A stretch of DNA of 64,000 nt from Candidatus Binataceae bacterium. Lineage in GTDB: Bacteria > Desulfobacterota > Binatia > Binatales > Binataceae. Where the stretch lies: the NCBI GenBank assembly GCA_015478645.1, contig JADMIL010000009.1, positions 4,574 through 68,573 on the forward strand, written 5' to 3'. This document shows, piece by piece, positions 56,042 to 64,000 of the stretch. Position 1 is the first letter of the stretch. Each line of letters opens with the position of its first letter. The notes below the pieces were generated by a model. It saw nothing but the letters and a program-made list of their open reading frames with translations, did not search any database and was not told the DNA's origin. The translations under genes and the position numbers were made by a program.

Positions 56042-58357
56042 CTAATGGGCGAGTTCGCGCGCGGCGATATCGTTGGCGGCGGCGGCGGCGCGCGCCAGTC
56101 CGGCCGGATGAAATTCGAGAATTAGTAACCACTGCATGCTCTCGGCCAGGTTCTCCGTACGCACTTCCGGACCAAGCAGGACGGCTCGTCCGACGCGAGT
56201 CGCCAATTCAAACGAACCAACGGGGATCTCGGCGTATGGACCGAACGCCTTGGCAAGCTCGAGCAGACTTTCATGGTCGCCAAACAGGCCGACGCCGATA
56301 ATCCCGCCTGAAAAATAGCCAAGAAACAGACCATCCTGAACGTTTAGATATCGCCCCGGTCCGAACAAGTAGTCCCCCCCGATCCACATTGGTGGAAGTA
56401 AACCAGCCTGCTCCACTCGCAATGGCGTCAATTGATCCAGTTCCTGACCCTTGGACACGTACTCGCTTGCGGCACGAATCAGCGTCGTCATGCGGGCGAC
56501 CGTGACCCGTTTCTCCAAAAGGTCCGGGCTTAAAGCTGCATACTTTTGTAAATCGTCCAGCGGCACCCGGTAGAGAGTAATCCCGCCGACTTTCAAAGGC
56601 GCAGGATCGAGATTCCCAACGAGCGATTGAATAACCCGTTGGTCGCCAGAGGAGAACGGATCGCGGTCAAATGTGAGGACGGGAAACTGTCGATCAGGCA
56701 GCCATTGACCCCAGTCGTTCGCGACGATGATATATTCGACGTTCTTGTTGACCAGAAACGCTTTGAACTGTTCGTCCTGGTCGGGGATGTTTACGAGATT
56801 GTATAGCGAACTCACGATGGGATACTTCACAAAATTGGGAGGCACCGGGGGCGAAATAGCCACGTAACCTTCTGGCATGGTAAAGTAGAAATTGGTACTC
56901 GCCTGCCAGAAGTCGCTGTCGCCCCTTACGCCATAAGGCAAAATCAAAACATTTGCACCATAAGATATATATTGCCGGTACATCCCGTTCTTGAAAAACG
57001 CCGGCGTATTGAGCGTAGTCGTCCAGAATGATGCATTGAGATTAGGCAGGAGCGATATCGCAACGAGTGCAGCGGCAGCGGTGCGCCAGCGAACATCAAT
57101 CGTACGGTCGGAGAGCCAGAGAGCCAACGCGACTGTTAGAGCCAGAAACATATAGACAGCGAGGCGCGCCGGTAAAATCATCCGTACAAGCGGCAACGGC
57201 ATGATCGCCTTCCAGGGCAATGGAAGGGAGATTCTTCCGAGGTGCAGGACCGGTCCGAAGGTTGCGACGGAAATGAGAATAATGAATACCAGCAGCGTTC
57301 GGATCGCCGACTCATTCCACCTTCGGCGCCCGAGATTCCACAAGACGAGCAAAAGCGGCAAGCCGATGTATTCGCTCGCTTCCCACAGGTTCAGTGCCAT
57401 TGCGGTAGTTCGAAAGACCTTCCATTCGCCGAAGATATTGGTCGCTACCGGAATGATCAGGCTGGTCGGCGAAGCCGAGAACAACTCCGGCCAATTCTTT
57501 GCAAACGGGACGGGACCGGAAGCAAAAAAATAATACAGGTATGGGCTCGCCAGGATTGCGGTGGCGAGATAGCTCGCGACTAATAGAGGTAAGAGATCTC
57601 GTATCTGCTTTCGCGTGGTGGGATGGAATAACCATACCAAACCGAGGAATACTCCGCCGGTTCCAGTCAAAGTGGCTAGTAGTTCAGGGGAAGCCAGGAG
57701 TTGAGCCGACAGGAGCAGCCCGAGAAGGCACACGAACTTTCGACTCGATACTTCATTGCCGAACCATAGCAGTACTAAATATACCGCGAGCGGCAAAAGA
57801 AAAATCATGGTTAATGTCAGATGGCCCAAAAGATGGGAAGACATGAAGGAAGAAAAGCCAAATATGTAGCCACCGATAGCAGACGGCCAAAATGAATTTG
57901 TGAGTTTCCGACAGAGGATAAAGGCCGTAAACGCCGAAAGTGCAGGACAAAGCAGGATCGCGACGTTATATGCCGCGATCGGTCCGCAGGCTACTTCGAG
58001 CGGTAACATTGAGAGCGCCGCTAATGGAATTGGCGTAGCCCAGGTCAGATTGGAGCCGCCGGGGGCCCAAACAATGTTCATTTTGAATGGATTTAGATGA
58101 TTCGCCAGTGCGTGGCGCCACCATGCGAAGAAAAACATCGCTGCTGCTGGATCGGAGCCCATGCCGATATAGCGATCGGACCAGTGGCCGATCAGGTTGC
58201 GCCCGAACAACGCCACCGACAGCACGCCAAAGGAAAGCAGAACCGCCAGCGCAGGCATCGCGCGCCGCAAACGATCATATCGCGGCACGACAATCGCGGA
58301 TGCGCAGTCCGGGCGCGCTGCGACGACGTGAGTTTGCTTTTCAACGCTAGCAGCCAT
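56042..58357 (-). CDS. Large polytopic membrane protein with C-terminal soluble domain (possibly GT-C-like glycosyltransferase); start uncertain (58402, 58357 or 58258)
   Basis: About 770 aa with at least 12 hydrophobic helices in the first ~480 aa, then a ~300-aa soluble domain. G+C is markedly lower than in neighbouring genes (spot counts of 60-nt lines about 45-55 percent). Confidence 0.7.
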   Translation of the reverse strand: MAASVEKQTHVVAARPDCASAIVVPRYDRLRRAMPALAVLLSFGVLSVALFGRNLIGHWSDRYIGMGSDPAAAMFFFAWWRHALANHLNPFKMNIVWAPGGSNLTWATPIPLAALSMLPLEVACGPIAAYNVAILLCPALSAFTAFILCRKLTNSFWPSAIGGYIFGFSSFMSSHLLGHLTLTMIFLLPLAVYLVLLWFGNEVSSRKFVCLLGLLLSAQLLASPELLATLTGTGGVFLGLVWLFHPTTRKQIRDLLPLLVASYLATAILASPYLYYFFASGPVPFAKNWPELFSASPTSLIIPVATNIFGEWKVFRTTAMALNLWEASEYIGLPLLLVLWNLGRRRWNESAIRTLLVFIILISVATFGPVLHLGRISLPLPWKAIMPLPLVRMILPARLAVYMFLALTVALALWLSDRTIDVRWRTAAAALVAISLLPNLNASFWTTTLNTPAFFKNGMYRQYISYGANVLILPYGVRGDSDFWQASTNFYFTMPEGYVAISPPVPPNFVKYPIVSSLYNLVNIPDQDEQFKAFLVNKNVEYIIVANDWGQWLPDRQFPVLTFDRDPFSSGDQRVIQSLVGNLDPAPLKVGGITLYRVPLDDLQKYAALSPDLLEKRVTVARMTTLIRAASEYVSKGQELDQLTPLRVEQAGLLPPMWIGGDYLFGPGRYLNVQDGLFLGYFSGGIIGVGLFGDHESLLELAKAFGPYAEIPVGSFELATRVGRAVLLGPEVRTENLAESMQWLLILEFHPAGLARAAAAANDIAARELAH

Positions 58358-58535
58358 GTTTGTCAATCGTGCCAGATTGCCCGGATTATGGCGACAGCGC
58401 ATCGTTTCGTCGCCGGATCGACGGAATCACGACTGCGTTTTTCGAGCGCAACACGGCATTCGCTCGGCGACGCGCCGAATGACGCCTTGGAATCGAGCGA
58501 TAATTCCTTTAGATGATTGAGGGGTGTCGACCTGC

Positions 58536-58612
58536 GCGCCCGTAGCTCAACTGGACAGAGCATCGGACTTCGGATCCGAGGGTTGGGGGTTCAAATCCCT
58601 CCGGGCGCGCCA
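58536..58612 (+). tRNA. tRNA-Arg (anticodon TCG)
   Basis: 77-nt cloverleaf folded by hand. Acceptor GCGCCCG/CGGGCGC, D-arm GCTC-AACTGGACA-GAGC, anticodon arm TCGGA-CTTCGGA-TCCGA (positions 34-36 = TCG), T-arm GGGGG-TTCAAAT-CCCTC, discriminator G, encoded CCA. Confidence 0.9.
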
Positions 58613-58635
58613 TTCACGTATCGGTGCGGCGGCGT

Positions 58636-58664
58636 TTGACACTTCGCGTGAAGCATCCTAGGGT
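58636..58664 (+). promoter_or_regulatory. Sigma70-like promoter candidate (TTGACA-17-TAGGGT)
   Basis: TTGACA at 58636..58641, a 17-nt spacer, TAGGGT at 58659..58664. It would give a leader of about 330 nt before the ATG at 59003. Confidence 0.25.
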
Positions 58665-59002
58665 CGCAAAATCGATTGGGAGATTGCGCGCGGGGGTTGG
58701 CCAGGAAGAACGACGACCCCAGGCGAACCGGCTTTAATTCCGCTCGGCTGCGCCCTTCAGGCATCGCGATCCGCGCGAGTACATCACGCTCGATCCATCA
58801 CCGTGACGACGCTCGGGCGTGCCTCACAACGGGGTGCGGTGGCGAAGGATGAGAGCGGCATAGTTGGTGCCCGCGTGGGGGGCGCAGTCCGCCGCGGCGG
58901 CAGGTCTCTGGGTCAATCGCGCCAATGGCGCTGCGGTGAGTGTAACAACGGCCACTCCGGCCGGGCAGGCTGAGTAATTTCAGCGCAAAGGATATAGTCT
59001 CT

Positions 59003-60379
59003 ATGAAGATCATCGCGATTGCCGTCGGGCTGCTCTTTTTAATTCCATTCGCGAGGCCCGTGCTGGCACAGGATGGGTCATCGGCGGGCAAGCCGGCCGT
59101 GTCGTCCAGTGCCGCTCCGGCTGGGGCGGCTTCCGCGCCGGCGCCGGCGGCCGATTCATCGGGCAAGACGGCTGCGGGAATTCCGGTCGGGACGACGATC
59201 ACTGCGCAAAACTGGCGGGATTACCAACAGTATATGCCAGCGGGGATGATCGGGTTGTTCCAGGGTGAATACTATTGGAAGATGCCGGCCGATGTCCAAA
59301 TGACTATTGGCCCGACGATTATCCATCCGCTGCCCCGGAATTACGTGGCGGCGACCGAGAAGTATGCCTCGCAGATACGGATCGTGGACCTGCCCACGGG
59401 CGGACTGAGTATGCAGGGCTACCAGGGTGGCATGCCATTCCCGGATCCGGCCGAACCGCATCGCGGATGGAAGATTCTCGCCGACGTGTGGTACCGGTAC
59501 CTGCCGCATCTGATCGTCGATACCTATGGCACGTCATGTAGCCAGAACAATCTTGGCAATGTCAGTTGCAGCGCGGATGAACTGGTATTGAAACAATTGA
59601 GCTTTAACACCGACCCCGGTATTTCAGCCACGATTCCCGGGGCCGGCGACACGTTCTCGACCGAATGGTTCATGACGGTGGAGCCCGAGAATGAGCGATA
59701 CAATGCGAGCGTGGTCATTTCTTATACCGATCTGACCAAAGCACAGGCGGTCTATGCTTTCGTACCGTCATTGCGGCGCGCTCAGCCGGTCGCTACCAGC
59801 GCGCGCTGCTCGCAGTATTCCGGGACTGACTATACGTCCGATGATTATCGCTACGGCTTCAACGCCAACCTGACGCAAATGCAGGTCGCGGACCTTGGCG
59901 ATAAGAAAATCCTGGCGCTGGTCGACGCCGATTTGCCCACCGGAGCATTTCCCGACGGGTTCGATATGCCGTTGGGATGGCCCAAGCCTTCGTGGGGGAA
60001 ATGGCAGGTGCGGGACGCTTATGTAATCAGCGCGAGCAAGGTGGCGTCGCAGGCCGAAGGATATTGCTATGGCAAACGCGTCATGTACGTGGACAAGGCG
60101 TCCGGCGGGGTTTTGTGGCTCGACCTGTATGACACCGAAATGAACTACTGGAAATTCGGTGGATTCGTGCTGAAGACCATCGATGTGCCCGGGGTCGGGC
60201 CGGTGAATTGCAACGGCGCCGCGGTCGAGATGATGTGGGATATGCACAACCAGCATTCCAGCTTTTTTTCCGATCCGGCCTTGAATCATCCGCTGTATGT
60301 AAATCAACAGGCGCCGGCCGAATTCAATGATCTGACGCGTTTCAGTACCGCGAGCGGGCTGAATCAAATCATGCAGTAG
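59003..60379 (+). CDS. DUF1329 domain protein (LolA-like fold, secreted)
   Basis: 458 aa. Signal peptide MKIIAIAVGLLFLIPFARPVLA. ITAQNWRDYQQYMPAGMIGLFQGEYYWKM...GGMPFPDP resembles the DUF1329 N-terminal signature, from memory. Confidence 0.6.
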   Translation: MKIIAIAVGLLFLIPFARPVLAQDGSSAGKPAVSSSAAPAGAASAPAPAADSSGKTAAGIPVGTTITAQNWRDYQQYMPAGMIGLFQGEYYWKMPADVQMTIGPTIIHPLPRNYVAATEKYASQIRIVDLPTGGLSMQGYQGGMPFPDPAEPHRGWKILADVWYRYLPHLIVDTYGTSCSQNNLGNVSCSADELVLKQLSFNTDPGISATIPGAGDTFSTEWFMTVEPENERYNASVVISYTDLTKAQAVYAFVPSLRRAQPVATSARCSQYSGTDYTSDDYRYGFNANLTQMQVADLGDKKILALVDADLPTGAFPDGFDMPLGWPKPSWGKWQVRDAYVISASKVASQAEGYCYGKRVMYVDKASGGVLWLDLYDTEMNYWKFGGFVLKTIDVPGVGPVNCNGAAVEMMWDMHNQHSSFFSDPALNHPLYVNQQAPAEFNDLTRFSTASGLNQIMQ

Positions 60380-60558
60380 CGGAGTGCCGCCTGGCGGATC
60401 GAGAGCCGAGGCGCGCGGCCGCGGCCGGAACGCGCACAAGCGCCCGTGCATATGCTAGAAATTACGCTCGGCCCTCGACCGCGATCGCCAGGCATCAGCG
60501 CAAATCAGGGATTGGGATTGCGGCGGCGCGCCAATTGGAGAATTCGGGAGCTAGTTGA

Positions 60559-61830
60559 GTGGATTTCACGATACCCGCCGAAATAACCGCGTACCTGGCC
60601 GAGCTCGACGTCTTCATCGAGCGCGAAATCAAGCCGCTGGAGCGCGAAAACGACAATATCCGCTTCTTCGATCATCGCCGCGAATGGGCGCGGACCGATT
60701 TCGAGGGCGGCGGCCTGCCGCGCCACGAATGGGAGGCGCTGCTCGGCGAGATGCGCCGGCGGGCCGATCGCGCGGGCCATTTCCGCTACGGGTTGCCGCG
60801 CGAATATGGCGGCAAGGACGGCTCGAACCTGGCGATGGCGGTGATTCGCGAGCATCTCGCGGCCAAGGGCCTCGGCCTGCATAACGATTTGCAGAACGAA
60901 AGCTCGATCGTCGGTAATATGCCGATCGTGCTGATGTTCCGCGACTTCGGCACCGCCGAGCAAAAGAGCACCTATATACCCGGCATCCTCGACGACCAGA
61001 TTCGCATCGCGTTCGGGCTGACGGAGCCCAATCATGGCTCCGACGCGACCTGGATGGAGACGCGGGCGGTGCGCGAGGGCGATGGCTGGCGTATCACCGG
61101 CGCGAAGATGTGGAACACCGGCGTCAACGTCGCGACGCACGATCTGATCTTCGCGCGCATCAGCGGACGCGACGGCGCCGCGCGGGGGATCGGATGTTTC
61201 ATCGTGCCGACCGACAGCCCAGGCTTCAAGGTCGAGGAATATCTGTGGACGTTCAACATGCCGACCGACCATCCGCGCATCTCGCTGACCGAGGTCTATG
61301 TACCGGCCGGGGCGGTGCTGGGCGACCCTGAAAACGGGCTCGCGGTGGCGCAGCATTTCGTGCATGAGAATCGCATTCGGCAGGCGGCGTCGTCGGTGGG
61401 CGCGGCGCAATACTGCATCAATGAAAGCGTGCATTACGCCAAGGATCGCAAGCCGTTCGGCAAGCCGCTGGCGGGCAACCAGGCGATCCAATGGCCGCTG
61501 GTCGAACTGCATACCGAAGCCGCGATGATTCGGGGGTTGATCCATAAGACCGCGTGGGAGATGGATCAGATGTCGAAGCCCGAGGTCGCCGAAAAACTTT
61601 CCGACAAGGTCGCGATGTGTAACTACCGCGCCAACCGGCTGGTCTGCGAGGCGGCCGATCGCGCGATGCAGGTGCACGGGGGAATTGGCTATTCGCGGCA
61701 CAAGCCGTTCGAGCATATCTACCGGCATCATCGCCGCTACCGCATCACGGAGGGCGCGGAAGAGATCCAGATTCGGCGGGTGGCGCAAATACTATTTGGC
61801 TTCGGCGGCAAGGGACGTGGCGACGGCTGA
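60559..61830 (+). CDS. Acyl-CoA dehydrogenase family protein (GTG start)
   Basis: 423 aa. GLTEPNHGSDA, and the C-terminal catalytic region RITEGAEEIQ. Confidence 0.9.
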   Translation: MDFTIPAEITAYLAELDVFIEREIKPLERENDNIRFFDHRREWARTDFEGGGLPRHEWEALLGEMRRRADRAGHFRYGLPREYGGKDGSNLAMAVIREHLAAKGLGLHNDLQNESSIVGNMPIVLMFRDFGTAEQKSTYIPGILDDQIRIAFGLTEPNHGSDATWMETRAVREGDGWRITGAKMWNTGVNVATHDLIFARISGRDGAARGIGCFIVPTDSPGFKVEEYLWTFNMPTDHPRISLTEVYVPAGAVLGDPENGLAVAQHFVHENRIRQAASSVGAAQYCINESVHYAKDRKPFGKPLAGNQAIQWPLVELHTEAAMIRGLIHKTAWEMDQMSKPEVAEKLSDKVAMCNYRANRLVCEAADRAMQVHGGIGYSRHKPFEHIYRHHRRYRITEGAEEIQIRRVAQILFGFGGKGRGDG

Positions 61831-62875
61831 CACAATTGCACACGGCGCGAGCGCCGCGCCGGGCGATCAGGACTCGTTCGCGAGCCTGCTGCAGGCAGCC
61901 GTCGCGCGGCATCTCGGCGCGCCCGGCACGCTGCACGATCTGCAGCGCCTGACGGGCGGCGCGACCAAGGCGACGTGGTCGTTTGACGCCGAGTGCGGCG
62001 GCACGCGGATGCCGCTGATTATGCAGACCACCAATGCGGGCGCGGCATCGATCCCGCCGGCGATCGACGGACTGACGCCGCATCTGACGGCCGAAGAGGA
62101 CGCGCAGGTAATGCGCGCGGCGGAGCGCGCCGGGGTACCGGCGCCGCATGTGCATGCGCTGCTCGAACCGGCGGACGGACTCGGCCACGGCTATATCACC
62201 GGGCGGGTGCCGGGCGAGACGATCGGCACGCGCATCCTGCGCGAGGAGCGTTATGCGGCGGCGCGCGGCGCAATGGCGTCGCAATGCGGAACGATCCTCG
62301 CCGCGGTGCATACAATCGACGCGCAGGAGGTGCCGTTCCTGAAGGATCAGGATGCGGCGGCGCAGGTCGCGGCCTATCGCACGTATGTCGATCATTACCG
62401 CTTGCGGCTGCCGGCGGTGGAAATGGGCCTGCGCTGGGCGGCCGATCGAATACCCAGTAGGCCGCGCCGTGCGGTACTACATGGCGACTTTCGCATGGGC
62501 AATATAATCGTCGGCGAGGAGGGCGTGCGCTGTGTGCTCGACTGGGAAATCGCGCAGATCGGCGATCCGATGCAGGACCTGGGATGGCTCTGCGTCAAGA
62601 CCTGGCGCTTTGGCGGGCGCAATCCGGTGGGCGGCTTCGGCGGGCGCGAGGATCTGTTTGCCGCGTATGAAAAGGCCAGCGGCGTGACGGTCGATCCCGC
62701 GCAGGTGCTTTTCTGGGAGGCCTTCGGCGACGTGAAGTGGGCGATCATGTGCCTGTTCAAGGCGATGGCCTTCAGCGATGGCACGGAGCCGCTCAGCCTC
62801 GAGCAGGCGGCGATCGGGCGGCGCATCGAAGAGCCGCTGCTGGATTTCCTCAACCTGATCGAGGGGCGCGACTGA
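61817..62875 (+). CDS. Phosphotransferase (APH/choline-kinase-like) family protein
   Basis: Brenner motif HGDFRMGNIIV followed by LDWE. The GTG at 61817 overlaps the ACAD stop by 14 nt. The upstream part of the track ORF lies inside the ACAD gene. Confidence 0.8.
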   Translation: MATADTIAHGASAAPGDQDSFASLLQAAVARHLGAPGTLHDLQRLTGGATKATWSFDAECGGTRMPLIMQTTNAGAASIPPAIDGLTPHLTAEEDAQVMRAAERAGVPAPHVHALLEPADGLGHGYITGRVPGETIGTRILREERYAAARGAMASQCGTILAAVHTIDAQEVPFLKDQDAAAQVAAYRTYVDHYRLRLPAVEMGLRWAADRIPSRPRRAVLHGDFRMGNIIVGEEGVRCVLDWEIAQIGDPMQDLGWLCVKTWRFGGRNPVGGFGGREDLFAAYEKASGVTVDPAQVLFWEAFGDVKWAIMCLFKAMAFSDGTEPLSLEQAAIGRRIEEPLLDFLNLIEGRD

Positions 62876-63011
62876 ATCGCGGCGCGGTGCGGCTGAAACC
62901 GGCGTGGCGATCCGGGCCGCCAATATAGCTATTCGCGCGAATGACTAATGACGAATCAGCATAATGAATATGTGGAAAAAAACGCGATGAGGGACCGCCG
63001 CGGGAGCGATC

Positions 63012-63368
63012 ATGCCGAATAGCAAACCCGATGCGGCGACGCTGCTCGAAGCCGTGGTCAAGTACCTGGACGAGGAGCTGATCCCGACGCTCGCCGGGTA
63101 CCATCGTTTTCAGAGCCGGGTGGCGGCCAATGTGATCAGGACCGTGGGCCGGGAGATCGGCCTGCGCGCGGGGCAGGCGGCGGCGGAGCGGATGCGGCTG
63201 GCGGCTCTGCTCGGCCACGACGGCGAGGTCGAGGCGCTGAACTCCGAGCTGGCCGATCGGATTCGCGCGGGTGCGCTTGCGCTTGACGATGAGGCGCTGC
63301 GCGCGCATATTCGCCAATCGTTGAGCGACGCGCTGGCGATCAACAATCCCAAGTGGCTGAGCCGTTGA
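63012..63368 (+). CDS. Small helical protein, DUF6285-like
   Basis: 118 aa. Its position after an ACAD-phosphotransferase pair matches a recurrent triad I recall from annotated genomes. No catalytic motif. Confidence 0.5.
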   Translation: MPNSKPDAATLLEAVVKYLDEELIPTLAGYHRFQSRVAANVIRTVGREIGLRAGQAAAERMRLAALLGHDGEVEALNSELADRIRAGALALDDEALRAHIRQSLSDALAINNPKWLSR

Positions 63369-63444
63369 CGCGCGCCGCGCAATCGCCAGTAATCATCGTC
63401 AGGCACAATATCTAATCTGTTCGCATTCAGTTCAAGGAGAAATT

Positions 63445-64000
63445 ATGGCCAGCGCATTTGATCACGTGCTCAGCGGCATCCGCGTGCTGGATTTTTCGCG
63501 TGCCTTGGCGGGACCGACGTGTACCCGGATGTTCGCCGAGATGGGCGCCGAGGTCATCAAGGTCGAGTCGGCGCCGGCCGGCGACATGGTGCGGCGGATG
63601 TCGAAAATCCGCAACGAGCGCAGCCTCTATTACATCCAGCAGAACCTGGGCAAAAAGAGCCTGTGCATCGACGCGCGCGATCCGCGTGGGATGGCGATTC
63701 TGACCGGGTTGGTGGCCAAGGTCGACGTGGTGGTCGAGAACTTCAAGCCGGGCACGCTGGCCGAGATGGGCCTCGGCTACGATCGCCTGCGCGAGATCAA
63801 ACCGGACATTATCCTGTGCTCGATTTCCGCGCTGGGCCAGAGCGGTCCGCTGGCCACGCTCCCCGGCTACGACTTCATTGCGCAGGCCTATTCGGGCGTT
63901 ACCTCGATGATCGGCGAGGCTGGCGGAACACCGTACATCCCGCTGGTCGCGCTGGGCGACGTGAGCACGGGCGTGCACGGGGCGCTGGCGATCCTGGCGG
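63445..64000 (+). CDS. Family III CoA-transferase (CaiB/BaiF), N-terminal part; runs off the window end
   Basis: AAGGAGA lies 5 nt upstream of the ATG at 63445. Reads MASAFDHVLSGIRVLDFSRALAGPTCTRMFAEMGAEVIKVES... Not in the track because no stop codon is reached. Confidence 0.85.
   Translation, partial: MASAFDHVLSGIRVLDFSRALAGPTCTRMFAEMGAEVIKVESAPAGDMVRRMSKIRNERSLYYIQQNLGKKSLCIDARDPRGMAILTGLVAKVDVVVENFKPGTLAEMGLGYDRLREIKPDIILCSISALGQSGPLATLPGYDFIAQAYSGVTSMIGEAGGTPYIPLVALGDVSTGVHGALAILA

Noticed and set aside
58800-58990. Cobalamin-riboswitch-like fragments (gtgtaacaacggccactcc, caggc) in the DUF1329 leader.
   Set aside because: There is no GGGAA...GGTG...AA...CC core and no B12-box consensus. 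The downstream gene is not B12-related.
58403-59002. Integrase, att repeat or prophage remnant at the tRNA-Arg locus.
   Set aside because: I found no integrase- or recombinase-like ORF on either side, and no second copy of the tRNA 3' end within the window. Only the compositional shift is reported.

Overview
High-GC chromosomal segment, with most 60-nt lines about two-thirds or more G+C by spot counts. It comes from a diderm (Gram-negative-type) bacterium, as LolA, TolC, a porin, a DUF748/AsmA-like protein and lipoproteins are all present. I can support about 50 protein-coding genes, one tRNA (Arg, anticodon TCG), one intrinsic terminator and a few small repeats or palindromes. I saw no rRNA, CRISPR array, transposase or integrase.

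Gene content from start to end:
- A ZnuABC/TroABC-type metal uptake operon preceded by a porin and a DUF2946-like gene.
- A formyl-CoA-transferase-like gene, a hicB-hicA toxin-antitoxin pair, and a RavA-like AAA+ ATPase coupled to recO.
- An aldo/keto reductase and a histidine phosphatase.
- An orphan TolC followed by crcB and a DUF190 gene.
- A 1483-aa hybrid histidine kinase with three reiterated PAS modules.
- A PLP Cys/Met enzyme, a ThiO-like oxidase and Lhr helicase.
- A housekeeping block: ssb, rnj, ftsK, lolA, rimO, a dksA-like gene and an mrp-like gene.
- A seven-gene lipid operon on the minus strand (36.1-46.9 kb).
- A giant DUF748 envelope protein.
- A visibly lower-GC island around the tRNA (about 54.4-60.4 kb).
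- An acyl-CoA dehydrogenase / phosphotransferase / CoA-transferase cluster.

The strongest candidate for something new is the lipid operon. It runs TetR, HAD-IB phosphatase, LarA-like (DUF2088) protein, a 1500-aa reductase / AMP-ligase / ACP / PlsC-acyltransferase megasynthase (ElbD-like ether-lipid type), a dual-specificity phosphatase, phosphatidylcholine synthase, and an N-formylglutamate-amidohydrolase-like fusion protein. Most gene junctions overlap or abut.

Secondary leads are a promoter-to-terminator unit that looks like an unannotated small RNA (47.76-48.06 kb), a nested palindromic REP/MITE-like element at 55.94-56.04 kb, and a low-GC 786-aa polytopic membrane protein next to the tRNA.

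All functional calls rest on motif and family recognition by eye. No database search was run.
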